A program made the position numbers and the translations under genes. Source: an uncultured archaeon (GTDB lineage Archaea > Aenigmatarchaeota > Aenigmatarchaeia > QMZS01). Taken from it: DNA of 64,000 nucleotides. The stretch is from positions 1,154 to 65,153 of the forward strand of contig CAZJKT010000003.1 in NCBI GenBank assembly GCA_964547015.1, read 5' to 3'. Shown here piece after piece: positions 35,070 to 45,012 of this stretch. The stretch's first letter is position 1. Each line of letters opens with the position of its first letter. The notes below the pieces were generated by a model. That model made no database searches. It saw only the letters and a program-made list of their open reading frames with translations, and was not told where the DNA came from.

Positions 35070-36032
35070 ATGAAGCTGCCTTTGCGCCGTATAGGAATTA
35101 TAGGAATTATTATTTTTATAATTTTGCTCTCCCAAATAGACCGAAGCGCCCTTTTGAGCCTGTTTCTTGGGATGGATGGTTTTTATGCTTTCATATGGAT
35201 TGCCCTAACCCTCCCTTCTGTTGCATTAAAATCCTGGAAATGGATGGCTCTTTTGGAAAAAGGGGAGCGGCCTTCATTTTTGCGCTCGGTTGAGGCATGG
35301 GTTTGCGGTTTTGGGGCGGGGATTGTTACTCCTGCAAAGGTAGGGGACTTTTTCAGGGCGGCTTTCCTTAAGGCTCCAAAAAGAAAGGCTTTTGTCTCGG
35401 TTCTTGTGGACCGCCTTATTGATATTCTTGCTCTTCTTGCTTTGGGAGGGCTTTCAGCAGTTTTGCTATTCTCAAGGCAAGACCCGCTTTTTTCTCTTTC
35501 ATACATATTCTTTTTCCTTTTGGCTGCCCTTTTCTTAGGCGGCGTTGCGGCAGGAAATAAGGGTTTTATGTGCAGGTATTTTGGCGGTTTCTACCTCAAG
35601 TTCATGCCCCAAAAAATAAAGCTTCACGCAGGCCCGGACTTGCCTTCCTTTTACAAGTCACTCGGCCACATTGGCAAAAAAAAGGCGGCGTTAAATATGG
35701 GGCTTACTTTTGCGGCATGGCTGATTTGTTTTGGCCAATACTGGATGCTCAGTAAAGCCCTTGGAATAGGCCTTTCCTACACCCAAATACTGATTGCTGC
35801 GCCGGTAATCATTCTCGCTCAGTTAATACCTGTCTCTGTATTGGGCCTTGGCACAAGAGAAGGCGCTTCAGTTCTTTTGCTTGCTTTTTTTGGGGTTTCC
35901 GCAGAAAAAGCCATTGCATTTTCCCTTGGAATCCTAATTCAAGACCTCCTTCTTGGTGGGGTGGGGCTGCTTTTGCTTTTGAGAAAAGGGATTAGGCCTA
36001 AAAAATCCCTTCAGAATGACCCGCCGCTTTAA
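35070..36032 (+). CDS. Polytopic membrane protein, UPF0104/lysylphosphatidylglycerol-synthase-TM-like (flippase-like) family
   Basis: About eight TM helices with Gly-rich amphipathic segments. This family is typically found next to GT2 glycosyltransferases. Weak assignment. Confidence 0.45.
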   Translation: MKLPLRRIGIIGIIIFIILLSQIDRSALLSLFLGMDGFYAFIWIALTLPSVALKSWKWMALLEKGERPSFLRSVEAWVCGFGAGIVTPAKVGDFFRAAFLKAPKRKAFVSVLVDRLIDILALLALGGLSAVLLFSRQDPLFSLSYIFFFLLAALFLGGVAAGNKGFMCRYFGGFYLKFMPQKIKLHAGPDLPSFYKSLGHIGKKKAALNMGLTFAAWLICFGQYWMLSKALGIGLSYTQILIAAPVIILAQLIPVSVLGLGTREGASVLLLAFFGVSAEKAIAFSLGILIQDLLLGGVGLLLLLRKGIRPKKSLQNDPPL

Positions 36033-36117
36033 TGATAATTAAGCGCATCCTGCCGAAGACCGCCGCCTTTTGTCGGGCTGGCAGAGAGCCAAAAGGCAAG
36101 CATTATAGCCAAATGCA

Positions 36118-36798
36118 TTATCGGCGACTAAATCTCCTCTTTATAAGAAAATAGATTATCCTAAACCCATCGCTTGACTTAAGTTTTTCTTTTCCAATCC
36201 TTTTTGGGTGCTCTATATCGATTTGCGTGTGGGCTAGCCCAAGGCGAGAAATTTCAGAGAATATGTCTGCTTCAAGCTCAAAACCCTTTGCGGTAAGCTC
36301 CATTTTTTTTAAGGCTTCCCCTCTAAATCCCCACATTCCCGTGCATATATCAGAATATTTTCCATAGAGGGCAAAACCGGTAAGGGAAATGATTTTATTT
36401 CCAAAGAAGTGGAGTATATTTCTTGGCTTTCTGACAACACCTTCCCTTTTCCCTGATACAACCTCATACTCCTCAAGCTTGGCCGCAAGTTCAGGCGCAT
36501 ACTTTGGGGGATAGCTCGCATCCGCATCAAGCATTATATAGGCCTTTTTTGGCGAAATCTTTTCGCTTTTTAAAAAAAGCCGGACGTCCGCGCCTTTTCC
36601 TTCACCATTGCCTTCAAAAACCCGAACCCCCTTAAGTTTTGCAATTTTGGCGGTCTTATCTTTGCTTTTTCCGTCAATGACCACAATCTCCCCCGCATAT
36701 TTTTTTAGCTCATCTATTACCTGCCCTATTGCCTCTTCTTCGTCTTTTGCCGGAAGAAGCGCAACTATATCTTTCTTTTTGAAAATGGGCTTATCCAT
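36118..36798 (-). CDS. GT2-family glycosyltransferase (dolichyl-phosphate sugar synthase-like)
   Basis: VALLPAKDEEEAIGQVID and YIMLDADASYPP (a DxD-type motif), which are typical of GT-A fold enzymes. Confidence 0.75.
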   Translation of the reverse strand: MDKPIFKKKDIVALLPAKDEEEAIGQVIDELKKYAGEIVVIDGKSKDKTAKIAKLKGVRVFEGNGEGKGADVRLFLKSEKISPKKAYIMLDADASYPPKYAPELAAKLEEYEVVSGKREGVVRKPRNILHFFGNKIISLTGFALYGKYSDICTGMWGFRGEALKKMELTAKGFELEADIFSEISRLGLAHTQIDIEHPKRIGKEKLKSSDGFRIIYFLIKRRFSRR

Positions 36799-36828
36799 AA
36801 AATACTTTTAAACGCCTAAATAACAGGC

Positions 36829-38298
36829 TCAAAGGAAAGGGAAAAACTTGCAGAGAACTCCAAGCTCAAGCGACCTGCAAGGGTTTGTTTCCATCTCTTC
36901 GCGGTGCAGTTTGAAGATGGTCTGGTTTAGCCGATACAGGTAAGTGGTGTCTCCCCTAAAATCTTTTCTGCATATGTCCTCGTATCCCGAGATAATATAT
37001 CCTTGGCCTTTTGCAATAATCGGATATTTTTCAAGGAAGGTGAAGTTATGCATGTATTCAGGCTCCCCTGAGCTAAAGCTTACTATGCGGTAGCCTTCTG
37101 AAAGGTAATCCTCGAATTCCCCAATCCTTGGGGGAGGCTCTGATTTGTAGCCCGCGTAATTTAAGTGAACCCACCCGTTTGAAGCAAGCGCGCAGCCCTT
37201 ATCTATTCCCAAATCGTAATTTCGTTCCCGGGGCATTGTCTCAATGCAGTAAATTGAGGTGAGGGCGACAAGAAGGATTGAGGCGGCAGGGACAATTTTT
37301 TTGCATTGGTATTTTGAAATTAATTTTGACTCCCTCAGCCAAACAGCCGAGAAATAAGCCAAAGGCAGGATTATGTTGAAAATATACCTTGAGGTCTTGT
37401 AAGGTGTCGTGGCATAAGCAAATATTGTTATTATAAATACCAGGGCCATTGCATAGTCCAGCTTCCCCCATTTTGATTTCCTAAGCCCTAAAATAGCAGG
37501 AATTATCAGTATATTTCCCGCAGCCAAAATATCCGAAAATGCAAAGGGGCCGACCATATACCCTCTATATTTGACATTTAGCGCCTGTGAGTCGGCAATG
37601 CTTGTAAGCATATGGCCTGTTTGGGAGTAATTAAAAAAAAGCCAGGGAAAGATAACGAGCGCCGCAAAAAAAGAGAATACGGCAATCTTTTTTATGTCTT
37701 TTGAGAGCAAGGCAATAATTCCGTAAGGAAGGCAGGTATATCTTGAAAGGCAGGAAAGCCCGTAAAAAATCCCTCCCCTTGCCGCCCCGCGCTTTTCTTT
37801 TGAAAAAATCTCTACAGTAAAAAGAGTGAGTAAAGACAGAGTTAAAATCTCGGTACCCACATCCATTCCAACCATTATCGCAAAGGGGTTGAGCATAAGC
37901 GCATAAAATATTGAAGGGTTTATCCGGGCGGCCCTTGAGAACCTAATGCTTGCATAAAGATAGAGTGTGGATATGAACAGAATCGCAATATATTCCGCCG
38001 CTCTGAAGGGGATTCCAAAAACGGTTGGAATCCCTATAATTATGCTTATCAGAGGCGCCCGGTACCATTCAAAATATTCTCCGTCAGAGAACAGGTACCC
38101 CGAGTTGAGGCTGTAGGACTTAAAGTCCCAGTCTGTAGCAATGCTATGCTGGGAGATAAAAAACACGGTGGAGAGAATATAAAGAACGGCAATTGCGGGA
38201 TTTTCCCTGAAGAATTCCAAAATTCTCTTCCCTAAATAACCTTTGGGATTATTTGCCATAATCAAATCAGGCCCTATCTTTTTAAGACGCCTTTGCAA
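36829..38298 (-). CDS. Large polytopic membrane protein, possible GT-C type glycosyltransferase (ArnT/PMT-like)
   Basis: A 489-aa protein with ten or more TM helices followed by a soluble C-terminal domain, located in a glycosylation gene neighbourhood. Weak assignment. Confidence 0.4.
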   Translation of the reverse strand: MQRRLKKIGPDLIMANNPKGYLGKRILEFFRENPAIAVLYILSTVFFISQHSIATDWDFKSYSLNSGYLFSDGEYFEWYRAPLISIIIGIPTVFGIPFRAAEYIAILFISTLYLYASIRFSRAARINPSIFYALMLNPFAIMVGMDVGTEILTLSLLTLFTVEIFSKEKRGAARGGIFYGLSCLSRYTCLPYGIIALLSKDIKKIAVFSFFAALVIFPWLFFNYSQTGHMLTSIADSQALNVKYRGYMVGPFAFSDILAAGNILIIPAILGLRKSKWGKLDYAMALVFIITIFAYATTPYKTSRYIFNIILPLAYFSAVWLRESKLISKYQCKKIVPAASILLVALTSIYCIETMPRERNYDLGIDKGCALASNGWVHLNYAGYKSEPPPRIGEFEDYLSEGYRIVSFSSGEPEYMHNFTFLEKYPIIAKGQGYIISGYEDICRKDFRGDTTYLYRLNQTIFKLHREEMETNPCRSLELGVLCKFFPFL

Positions 38299-38347
38299 TA
38301 TCCGGCAATTAGCCCTCTTCTAAAAATTTCTTTTAAATACACTAAAG

Positions 38348-39463
38348 CTAAGCAATAATCCCATAGGTAAAGCCGGCAAGTGCCGAATAGAATATTACTA
38401 AGGCTATATAAATTGCAGTTTTCTTTGAGCCGATAATTCCCCTTATTACAAGCATATTAGGCAAGCTCAATGAAGGTCCCGCTAAAAGCAGGGCAAGCGC
38501 GGGGCCTGAAGACATACCTTTTGCAATAAGAGCCTCAAGTATTGGGATTTCTGTCAGTGTTGAAAAATACATGAAGCCCCCGAACAAAGCGGCGGCAATA
38601 TTTCCGGAAATAGTATTCTCTCCGACAAATCCCTGAATTGCAGAATCCGGAATAAGAGGCATCACAAAACCGGCTACAAAAACACCTATAAAGAGAAGGG
38701 GCAGTATCTGCTTTGAGAGCGCCCATGTTTCTTCCAGCCACCCGTTTCTCAACTCCTTAGAGAACCTAAAGGCGGCTATACTTATTACGCCAAGGGAAAG
38801 TATGCCTATCAAAAGATATTTAAGGTTGTGGGCTATTGAAATTCCGTTTATTACAAGGATTCCAATCATAAGCGCAAAGAAGATAAGTATCAGCTTTCCC
38901 GAAACACTGCCTGTGTCAGGGCTGTGGTTAATGAATGTCCCGTTATGGAGGTCTTCCCTAAATATAATGCTCATTGTCATGCCTATAATAACCGACAAAA
39001 TTATTGCAGAAATTATCCTTGCAAGCCCTATTTCAAATCCGAGAACGCTCATTGTAAGGAATATTGCGGCAATGTTTATTGCGGGCCCGGCAAAAAGAAA
39101 TGTTGTTGCAGGCCCAAGCCCGGCCCCTCTTTTCCTTATCCCCGCAAACAAAGGAAGAATTGTGCATGAACATACAGCAAGAACCGTTCCTGAAACAGAA
39201 GCCACAGCATAAGATATGCTTCTTTTTGATTTTGGGCCGAGGTATTCAAGGACCTTATCCTTTTGGATTAGTGTTGCTATGGCCCCCGCAATAAAAAATG
39301 CGGGAACAAGGCAGGTAAGGATATGGAGCTTTGCGTAATCAATTAGCAGGTATACTCCGCCAAGCACAGATTCCTCAAGCCAAGAGCTTTCTAAAGGCGC
39401 TAGATAAAACATTAAAAATACCGCAATAAAACCCGCCAAAATTTTTATCTCTTTTCTATCCAT
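38348..39463 (-). CDS. DUF318-family permease (ArsP-like putative organoarsenical/thiol permease)
   Basis: Conserved LAVCSCTILP (the CSC...P signature of DUF318/ArsP) in a polytopic membrane protein. Confidence 0.7.
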   Translation of the reverse strand: MDRKEIKILAGFIAVFLMFYLAPLESSWLEESVLGGVYLLIDYAKLHILTCLVPAFFIAGAIATLIQKDKVLEYLGPKSKRSISYAVASVSGTVLAVCSCTILPLFAGIRKRGAGLGPATTFLFAGPAINIAAIFLTMSVLGFEIGLARIISAIILSVIIGMTMSIIFREDLHNGTFINHSPDTGSVSGKLILIFFALMIGILVINGISIAHNLKYLLIGILSLGVISIAAFRFSKELRNGWLEETWALSKQILPLLFIGVFVAGFVMPLIPDSAIQGFVGENTISGNIAAALFGGFMYFSTLTEIPILEALIAKGMSSGPALALLLAGPSLSLPNMLVIRGIIGSKKTAIYIALVIFYSALAGFTYGIIA

Positions 39464-39464
39464 T

Positions 39465-40178
39465 TTAAATCACCAGCAAAGCAATATAATATATTCCAAG
39501 GGCTATAAAAACTCCGGATACAATCTTTCGCATCCATTCATCAAAGGCCTGTATCTTATTCATTGCGCTCCCCAGCCTGGATGCGCTATATGCAAGCATT
39601 AAGGAAAATATAATTACAGGTAAGCCTGTCGATACGGCAAATACCGCGGGTATAATTATTCCGTCTCCTGCGCTTAGCGCAAGGGGGATGAGCATCCCAA
39701 AAAAAAGCACGGCGCTAAACGGGCAGAACGCAAGGGCAAAAACTATTCCAAGCCCAAAAGCCCCGGCATAACCTTTTTCGGCCAGCTTTTCTTTGAGGGG
39801 GCCAAATCTTGAGCCGCAAGAAATTTGGGGAAGGCCTATTTTTCCAAGCATCACAAGCCCGGCAATTAAAAGGAAGGGCCCAAGCAAAAACTCTCCGTAT
39901 TTCTGAAGGAAAATGGCGGCGCTTTGCATATTTATCCCGGCATAGACTATCAGAGAAGCAAGAGCCACATAAGTGAGCGCCCGCCCCAGTGTATATGCAA
40001 CCCCCGCCCTTACAGTGTGTTTATTATTGCCTATTTTTTTTGAAACATAGCCTATTGCCGCAATATTTGTAGCCATTGGGCAGGGGCTTATTGCCATCAT
40101 TATGCCTATAAAAAAGGCCGCTACAAGCGCAATTTCACTTGAGCCCAAAGATTCCAATATAGGCATTAAATTTATCAT
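39465..40178 (-). CDS. CcdA/DsbD-family transmembrane thiol-disulfide transporter
   Basis: Cysteines in the TM helices (ISPCPM and AFCPFS) and six TM segments. Confidence 0.55.
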   Translation of the reverse strand: MINLMPILESLGSSEIALVAAFFIGIMMAISPCPMATNIAAIGYVSKKIGNNKHTVRAGVAYTLGRALTYVALASLIVYAGINMQSAAIFLQKYGEFLLGPFLLIAGLVMLGKIGLPQISCGSRFGPLKEKLAEKGYAGAFGLGIVFALAFCPFSAVLFFGMLIPLALSAGDGIIIPAVFAVSTGLPVIIFSLMLAYSASRLGSAMNKIQAFDEWMRKIVSGVFIALGIYYIALLVI

Positions 40179-40651
40179 GCTCCAACAAACTTTCTGTTTA
40201 TAAGTTCTCCAAGATAGCTCTTATAATCTTCGGGATCCCCTATTTTATACCAAACCTGAATATTTTCCTCTTTCTTAAAAGCGCCATCTCCATAGTAGGT
40301 TCCGATATATAATGAAGAGCCTCTTGCCCCGTATCTGCCAACTATTTCCCTGTTATCCTCCAAGTCTATGTTAATATGGCCAAATACAATCTTACCCGAT
40401 TCCAGCTCTTTGGGAAAATAAGCCTTGACTGTTTCTTCTGCAAGTTCCCCCAGCCTTATGCAGGAATAGCATTGCCGGGAAGAATGGAAGTGATATACTT
40501 CAATTTTAGACACACCCTGAAAATCTGAGGGGGGGATTAATTCTTCCTGAGACCTTACAAATTGCCCCGTTTGGTCTGATTCACTGAGGCAGCCAGAAAA
40601 TGCAATTATGGCAAAAAGGATAGTAAGGCAGAGAGCAAGGCGGTATTTCAT
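40175..40651 (-). CDS. Lipoprotein with a CxxC motif (thiol-redox, extracytoplasmic)
   Basis: Signal peptide with a lipobox-like FSGC, and a CYSC motif. Overlaps ccdA by 4 nt. Confidence 0.4.
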   Translation of the reverse strand: MKYRLALCLTILFAIIAFSGCLSESDQTGQFVRSQEELIPPSDFQGVSKIEVYHFHSSRQCYSCIRLGELAEETVKAYFPKELESGKIVFGHINIDLEDNREIVGRYGARGSSLYIGTYYGDGAFKKEENIQVWYKIGDPEDYKSYLGELINRKFVGA

Positions 40652-40652
40652 A

Positions 40653-40883
40653 TTACCGGAGCCACCCCAAAATTTCTTTGGCCTCAGGAATCCTGCCTGA
40701 AGCCTTTACTTCTCCATCTATAACGATTGCCGGCGTTGACATCACACCAAAGCTGATTATTTCGTTGATATCCGTCACTTTTTCTATCTGAGCTTTTGCG
40801 CCCGCTTCTTCAACTGCTTTTTTTGCATTCTCCATAAGCTTTTCGCATTTTTGGCAACCCGTTCCAAGTATCTCAATAATCAT
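40653..40883 (-). CDS. Small thioredoxin-like protein (redox-active disulfide protein 2 type)
   Basis: [13 protein letters not shown]...[15 protein letters not shown] is a roughly 76-aa family that commonly partners with DUF318 permeases. Confidence 0.7.
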   Translation of the reverse strand: MIIEILGTGCQKCEKLMENAKKAVEEAGAKAQIEKVTDINEIISFGVMSTPAIVIDGEVKASGRIPEAKEILGWLR

Positions 40884-41653
40884 ATTTTAGAATCTTTTTT
40901 GGAGGCGATTAATTTCAGGCTCTCAACAGGAAAACCTCCATATTGTCTGTCGCTGATATCCTTATCCTCAGAGAGCACCTTTACTTCAAATCCCGCATCC
41001 TCCATAAGTTTGAGGTATCGCTCTTTCAATATCGCCCCACCTATACAGCTTGCTATTAGATTACTGTCTTTCCTCCGGCTTTCAGACAATTCTGATAAAA
41101 GCGCCATATCGGAAATAAACATTTTCCCATCGGGTTTAAGTACCCTATAGGCCTCCTGAAACACCCTTGACTTATTGGGCGAGAGGTTTATCACGCAATT
41201 GCTCATAATTACATCCACTGAATCATCTTCAATGGGAAGATTCTCTATTTCACCCTGCCGGAATTCAACATTCTTGTAACCATACTTTTTTGCGTTTTCT
41301 TTTGCCAGTTTCACCATCTCATCGGTCATATCTACCCCAAGAACTTTGCCTGTGTTGCCAACTTTTTTTGCTGCAAGAAAGCAGTCAAAACCGGCCCCGG
41401 AGCCAAGGTCCAAAACAGCCATTCCCTCCCGGATTTCGCCAAATGCAGTTGGATTTCCGCACCCAAGCCCAAGATTGGCCTCCGGCACATTAGTTATTTC
41501 TTCCTCAGAATAGCCAAGAGATTTTGCTAAAGTTTCGGCATCTGCTTGGCCGCAATTGCACGAACAGCCACAGCCTTCCAGCGCCACTTTAGCATAACTT
41601 TTTCTTACAATTTCCTTAATGAACTTTCCTTTGCTGTTTGAATTAACTTCCAT
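40880..41653 (-). CDS. arsM: Arsenite S-adenosylmethionine methyltransferase (ArsM-like)
   Basis: N-terminal Cys cluster [21 protein letters not shown] motif [16 protein letters not shown] and SNCVINLS. Confidence 0.75.
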   Translation of the reverse strand: MEVNSNSKGKFIKEIVRKSYAKVALEGCGCSCNCGQADAETLAKSLGYSEEEITNVPEANLGLGCGNPTAFGEIREGMAVLDLGSGAGFDCFLAAKKVGNTGKVLGVDMTDEMVKLAKENAKKYGYKNVEFRQGEIENLPIEDDSVDVIMSNCVINLSPNKSRVFQEAYRVLKPDGKMFISDMALLSELSESRRKDSNLIASCIGGAILKERYLKLMEDAGFEVKVLSEDKDISDRQYGGFPVESLKLIASKKDSKI

Positions 41654-41702
41654 ATATATTGATAGCCATAAATATTTATATAATCATAGATATTTATAAG
41701 CC

Positions 41703-42353
41703 TTAAAGCTCAATCTCGGAAATTTTGGGATTTAGGGAGTACAGGTGAGGGGCGCGAAATTTCTTGGATTTAGCTAAGCCTTCCATTGGTATAATCAGCT
41801 GGTATGTGGGCTTAAAATCCTTCCAGTCAACTAATAGAGCCTCATTGAGTCCCGCAGATTCGGCTTCTTCGAGAGTTTGGTGATATACCAGATTTTTAGC
41901 TTCGGGAATAAAATCGCTTGCAATATTATATTCAATCGCTGTGTGTATATTCATAGAAGCTATTTCTGAGATATCAACAAGCCTTTTTTGATCCCCTGCC
42001 AGGGTCAGGCCTTCTCCGATTCGCCTCTCATATGAATCTAAAGCTTCGCAGGGATAGGCTTTCCTTCCTATGAGGGCTATCTCTATTTCGGAATTTTCCA
42101 GCTTTCCGAGAACTTCGTTTGCGTAACGGTATTCAACAATTGAAATGCCTTCATTTTTCTTGGCAATATTTTCAGCCTCCGCTCTCATCGTGGGGCAATA
42201 GCCAAGCAATATCTGAGGCTTTTCAGGCTCTTTCATATCCGCGCTTTTGTTATTTAGGGGGTTATCCTGAGGCTCTGAATTTGAGAGGGCGCTCAACGCA
42301 AAAGATACTATTAGCAAAGCGGATACGGCCAGAGCTAAAAAAGCGGCTTTCAT
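41703..42353 (-). CDS. Secreted or anchored hypothetical protein
   Basis: N-terminal signal or TM segment. No motif recognised. Confidence 0.35.
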   Translation of the reverse strand: MKAAFLALAVSALLIVSFALSALSNSEPQDNPLNNKSADMKEPEKPQILLGYCPTMRAEAENIAKKNEGISIVEYRYANEVLGKLENSEIEIALIGRKAYPCEALDSYERRIGEGLTLAGDQKRLVDISEIASMNIHTAIEYNIASDFIPEAKNLVYHQTLEEAESAGLNEALLVDWKDFKPTYQLIIPMEGLAKSKKFRAPHLYSLNPKISEIEL

Positions 42354-42374
42354 AATAGATGCCTGCCAGGGTTT

Positions 42375-43382
42375 TTAATGATTCGGGCGTTGAGAGCAAA
42401 AAAGATATGTATGGTACGCTGCTCTCACCCCATCAGCGGCGGCGGTTATTGCCTGCTTTGGGGAGTTATCCGTAACATCGCCCGCCGCAAAAAATCCGGG
42501 AAGGCTTGCGGCGCAGTTTTTGTCAACAACTACTTCCCCTTTAGAGTTTACTTTTACTCCGGCTTTTTTCGCAAGGCTGCTTTTTGGATCCCTGCCTACA
42601 TATATAAAAAGGCCATCGACATCAAGCCTGTTTTGCCCCTTATAGGGATTTTTGAGGATTATTTTTTCAAGCCTTTCGTTACCTTCCAACTTGACAGCCT
42701 CATTATCGCTTATTATTTCAACCTTTCCGCAGGATACAAGCGGCTCAATTTTTTTTAGGTTAGTAGCTTCCGCCCTAAAAGACCTGTCCCTGTTTATAAT
42801 GCAGATCTTTTTTGCATGCTCCGAAAGCAAAATAGCCTCTTTTATGGCGCTGTCCCCGCCCCCGGCAACCGCCGCAACCTTGCCTTTAACTTGGTTGAGG
42901 TCGCAGAGCGCGCAATAGCTCACCCCTTTTCCAAAAAATTCATCTTCGCCCGGAATATTGAGCTTTCTTACTTTTGCCCCTGTTGCAAAAATTACTGACT
43001 TTGAAAAAAATTTGCTCTCCCCCGATACAACAGTAAATTCTTCTTTCTTCCTGTCAAAAGAAATATCCTCAGCAATATCAGTCAGGAAATCTGAATGGTA
43101 ATCCCTTGCGTGGCTTTCAAGAAGAGATGCAAGCCTGCCGCCATTAATTGACACAAATCCGGGATAATTCTCAATCTCGCTTGTAAGCCCCACCGTCCCT
43201 CCGGGAACTTCGCCGATGCAAAGGACACTCAGGCCCAGCCTGCCACAGTACATTGTAGCCGCATAGCCGGCCATTCCCGCTCCAACTACAATAACATCAT
43301 ATTTCTTATTAGAATTTGGAACGCCCGGATATTTTTGCCTCGGCTCAAAAATTATCCCCTCGCAAACAGGGCATTCCTTCAT
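42375..43382 (-). CDS. trxB: Thioredoxin-disulfide reductase (TrxR-like FAD/NAD(P) oxidoreductase)
   Basis: FAD-binding VIVVGAGMAGYAA, redox-active SYCALCD and the C-terminal GDV motif. An N-terminal CxxC extension (MKECPVCEG) is present. Confidence 0.75.
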   Translation of the reverse strand: MKECPVCEGIIFEPRQKYPGVPNSNKKYDVIVVGAGMAGYAATMYCGRLGLSVLCIGEVPGGTVGLTSEIENYPGFVSINGGRLASLLESHARDYHSDFLTDIAEDISFDRKKEEFTVVSGESKFFSKSVIFATGAKVRKLNIPGEDEFFGKGVSYCALCDLNQVKGKVAAVAGGGDSAIKEAILLSEHAKKICIINRDRSFRAEATNLKKIEPLVSCGKVEIISDNEAVKLEGNERLEKIILKNPYKGQNRLDVDGLFIYVGRDPKSSLAKKAGVKVNSKGEVVVDKNCAASLPGFFAAGDVTDNSPKQAITAAADGVRAAYHTYLFCSQRPNH

Positions 43383-43386
43383 AGTA

Positions 43387-44733
43387 TTACCTCAAAAGAT
43401 GCGGGAAAAATAGCATCACAATACCCACAATAAACATTACAACCCCTCCTATCAGCTTGCAGGCTTTGGCATACTTTTGGATATGGGGGCTCCCTATGGC
43501 TAGCGCGGCCATACCGAATATAATTATTTGGTCGAGCATAAAGAAAAATACATAAGCCGCTATGTAGAGATAATAATGCATACCGCTAAGCCCGCTTAAT
43601 GCAAGCACTTGCGTATATACCACTGGAAGGGCCGCAGAGCAGACAAACTCAACCGAATTTACTATAAATGCGAGCGCAACAATGGAGAAAAATACCGGGA
43701 TGGACAGGGGCCTTGCAACAATATTTTGCACCCGGTCCATTGTTTTCTGATGGCTTTTTTCATCGCCGACTTTGCAGGTGAGGTCCCCCTTAGTTGTAAA
43801 ATATTCCTTAAGGCTCAGTATTCCGCCGGCAAGCGCAATAAGGCCTATAAAAATTGAGACTATTCTTATATAACCGATTATTAAAAATAGATTTAACCAT
43901 GCGGCCATCAGAAGGAAATAGATAGCACCTGAGGCAAAAACAAAAGTCCCCACAATAAGCCATATTTTTTTCCTGTCGTTTAGCCCGATTATCAGGCTTA
44001 TTAGGAATATAAGGACCCATAGCGCGCACGGATTAAATCCGTCAACAAGCCCGAGAACAACAGTAAGAACCGGCAGGGAATAAGCAGTGAGATCACGCTC
44101 ACCAATAAAAGGTATATTAAAATTCCTTACATCATAACTTAAGCCCTGAGCCCTTTCTGAATGTTGGGCTTCCCCCTTGCATTTTGCTAGGCACTCCTCA
44201 ATAGCTGAACTAATCTGCTCTTTGCTATGAAATCCTACCAAAACCGTTTCTTTAATAAATATTGTTGGCACCCCAAGCCGGCCGGGATCAAGCCCCGCTT
44301 CTTCTGCTAACTGCCTGAAAAATGCCGAACCTTGCATAGTTGAAGCATCATGTTCATAAAGCGCAATCTCAGGGTAGTTTTCCATTACCCCATATAATAT
44401 GGGCTTTTGCTGGGCGCAGTAAGGGCATGAAGGTGTATAGAAAAGATGAACTGCATGCTCTTCAGGGTCATATACGGGCGGGCCGTCGTCTACCCCAAAC
44501 CAAGCTATAAAGCCTAAAATAACCAACAGTAAAAAGAGCCCGCAATTGAATCTTGAACTAAAAAATCCCCTGATTGCAGAAACGGTCCCGGATATTTTAT
44601 TTTTCGGCTTTTGGGCGCATTCTTCTCCGCTTCCCTTTTCTTTGGCATCTCCTTCGGTATTTTCTGCGCTATCTTCTTCCTTTAACAGGGCATTTTCCTT
44701 TTTCCCTAAATCCCTCCTTCTTTTCTTAGGCAT
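43387..44733 (-). CDS. Fusion protein: N-terminal glutaredoxin/thioredoxin-like CPYC domain joined to a polytopic DsbD/CcdA-like membrane domain
   Basis: TPSCPYCAQQK in the soluble domain, and GFNPCALW plus FVCSAALP in the TM region. Basic N-terminal tail. Confidence 0.5.
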   Translation of the reverse strand: MPKKRRRDLGKKENALLKEEDSAENTEGDAKEKGSGEECAQKPKNKISGTVSAIRGFFSSRFNCGLFLLLVILGFIAWFGVDDGPPVYDPEEHAVHLFYTPSCPYCAQQKPILYGVMENYPEIALYEHDASTMQGSAFFRQLAEEAGLDPGRLGVPTIFIKETVLVGFHSKEQISSAIEECLAKCKGEAQHSERAQGLSYDVRNFNIPFIGERDLTAYSLPVLTVVLGLVDGFNPCALWVLIFLISLIIGLNDRKKIWLIVGTFVFASGAIYFLLMAAWLNLFLIIGYIRIVSIFIGLIALAGGILSLKEYFTTKGDLTCKVGDEKSHQKTMDRVQNIVARPLSIPVFFSIVALAFIVNSVEFVCSAALPVVYTQVLALSGLSGMHYYLYIAAYVFFFMLDQIIIFGMAALAIGSPHIQKYAKACKLIGGVVMFIVGIVMLFFPHLLR

Positions 44734-44772
44734 ATTCTTTTCCGGGGCAGTCGCCCAAATAAAATTCTTTGG

Positions 44773-45012
44773 TCATTTTATATCTAAAGCCTCTTTCATT
44801 TTTTTGATGTCATAACCTACAATCATCTTTCCGCTAATCTCAATTACAGGAACATTAGATTGCCCGCTTTTTTTTTCCATATAGGATTTTGCCTTTTTAT
44901 CTTTAGATATATCTACCTCCTTTACTTCAATACCCTTTTGGATAAGGAAATTTTTTGCAAAAAGGCAGTAGGGGCAGACCGGCGCAGTATATAATATCGC
45001 TTTTTGTTTCAT
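44773..45012 (-). CDS. grx: Glutaredoxin
   Basis: CPYC active site in a 79-aa protein. Confidence 0.85.
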   Translation of the reverse strand: MKQKAILYTAPVCPYCLFAKNFLIQKGIEVKEVDISKDKKAKSYMEKKSGQSNVPVIEISGKMIVGYDIKKMKEALDIK

